Origin: Massilia sp.
Lineage (GTDB): Bacteria; Pseudomonadota; Gammaproteobacteria; Burkholderiales; Burkholderiaceae_D
Assembly: GCF_031995545.1 (NCBI RefSeq)
Contig: NZ_DAMAGA010000008.1
Span: 27,818 to 91,817, forward strand
Direction of reading: 5' to 3'
DNA: 64,000 nucleotides
Both the position numbers and the translations under genes were made by a program. Shown in pieces: positions 63,666-64,000 of this stretch. The notes beneath the pieces are model-generated. The model saw only the letters and a list, made by a program, of their open reading frames with translations. It searched no databases and was not told the origin of the DNA. The number at the start of each line of letters is the position of its first letter. Within the stretch, counting starts at the first letter, position 1.

Positions 63666-63685
63666 TACTGTACATTTATCCAGTA
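63666..63685. promoter_or_regulatory. LexA (SOS) box upstream of the helicase gene
   Basis: TACTGTACATTTATCCAGTA matches the TACTGT-N8-ACAGTA type consensus at 17 of 20 positions (CTGT-N8-CCAG core). Lies 37-56 nt upstream of the ATG at 63629. Confidence 0.6.
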
Positions 63686-63804
63686 CGGACGAGCAAGCAA
63701 AAAGTGGAGAGACTGACGCCGGATGTCATGGACGCGTGTGCGGTGACATCAGCCATGACTTGAACACTCGAGCCTAACTCCCGGATAAATAAAAAGTTTT
63801 CCGG

Positions 63805-63893
63805 ATATCCACAAAGTCTGTGAATAAGTATGTGGAAAAGCGGGGGCTTGACACGCTGGATGCGGCCATCCGTGCGGGTTTCAACAATATGCC
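63805..63893 (+). repeat. DnaA-box-cluster module, copy B
   Basis: ATATCCACA (63805-63813), TGTGAATAA (63819-63827), TGTGGAAAA (63831-63839), CTTGACA (63847-63853), TGCGGGTTTCAACAATATGCC (63873-63893). Same order, spacing and orientation as copy A. Confidence 0.6.
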
Positions 63894-64000
63894 TAATGGG
63901 AAGGCAATCTCGGCAGCCTCGAAAATCAAGGGTTTACGTTGACTGCGCGATGTTGGGCCTAGTATGCACCGCAAATAACTTTGGAGCAATCTTTGTGCAT

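Overview
This is a GC-rich, densely coding chromosomal segment. Gene content and style look like a betaproteobacterium, possibly Burkholderiales/Oxalobacteraceae, but that is an inference and no search was run. All calls come from reading the supplied ORF translations for family motifs and inspecting the DNA by eye. I call about 52 protein genes and find no rRNA, tRNA, CRISPR array, integrase or transposase.

Gene content, in order:
- TrxR-like flavoprotein, GT4 glycosyltransferase, PhyH dioxygenase.
- MlaE/MlaD-like pair plus a lipoprotein, with no ATPase gene.
- relA and ridA.
- A ketone-body/3-hydroxybutyrate set (alpha/beta hydrolase, bdhA, dctA, scoAB), split by a BlaI / BlaR1-like(M56)-TonB_C / TonB_C-lipoprotein cassette.
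- PAS-LuxR regulator, then a HAL/PAL-family ammonia-lyase translationally coupled to a 4HBT thioesterase, then an SDR.
- ETF-ubiquinone oxidoreductase and a Gln/Gly-rich disordered protein.
- Three hybrid histidine kinases, one of them a 1,633-aa cytoplasmic poly-HAMP kinase.
- A periplasmic Gfo-like oxidoreductase and a lactonase; cell-wall enzymes (DUF882/YcbK, PbpG-like); sbp.
- The recCBD operon, udk, prolyl oligopeptidase.
- A luxI-rsaL-luxR quorum-sensing locus with a lux box.
- A CheR-like orphan, glpD, an HD hydrolase, an MFS sugar porter and a UvrD-family helicase with a LexA box.

Findings most worth a second look:
1. Two conserved ~90-bp modules, each with three DnaA-box-like 9-mers, bracket the helicase gene.
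2. The poly-HAMP kinase has six exact 276-nt repeats that carry the signature I recall from fungal group III (Nik1/Os-1) kinases. A degenerate CheR-like gene follows it, with no CheB.
3. The las-type quorum-sensing locus encodes a LuxR with a ~40-aa His/Gln-rich linker insertion.
4. The BlaR1-like protease has a TonB C-terminal domain where the sensor domain would be, and a stand-alone paralogous TonB_C lipoprotein follows it.

I see no convincing complete novel multi-gene system such as a defence island. The many long antisense ORFs in the track are GC-driven artefacts.
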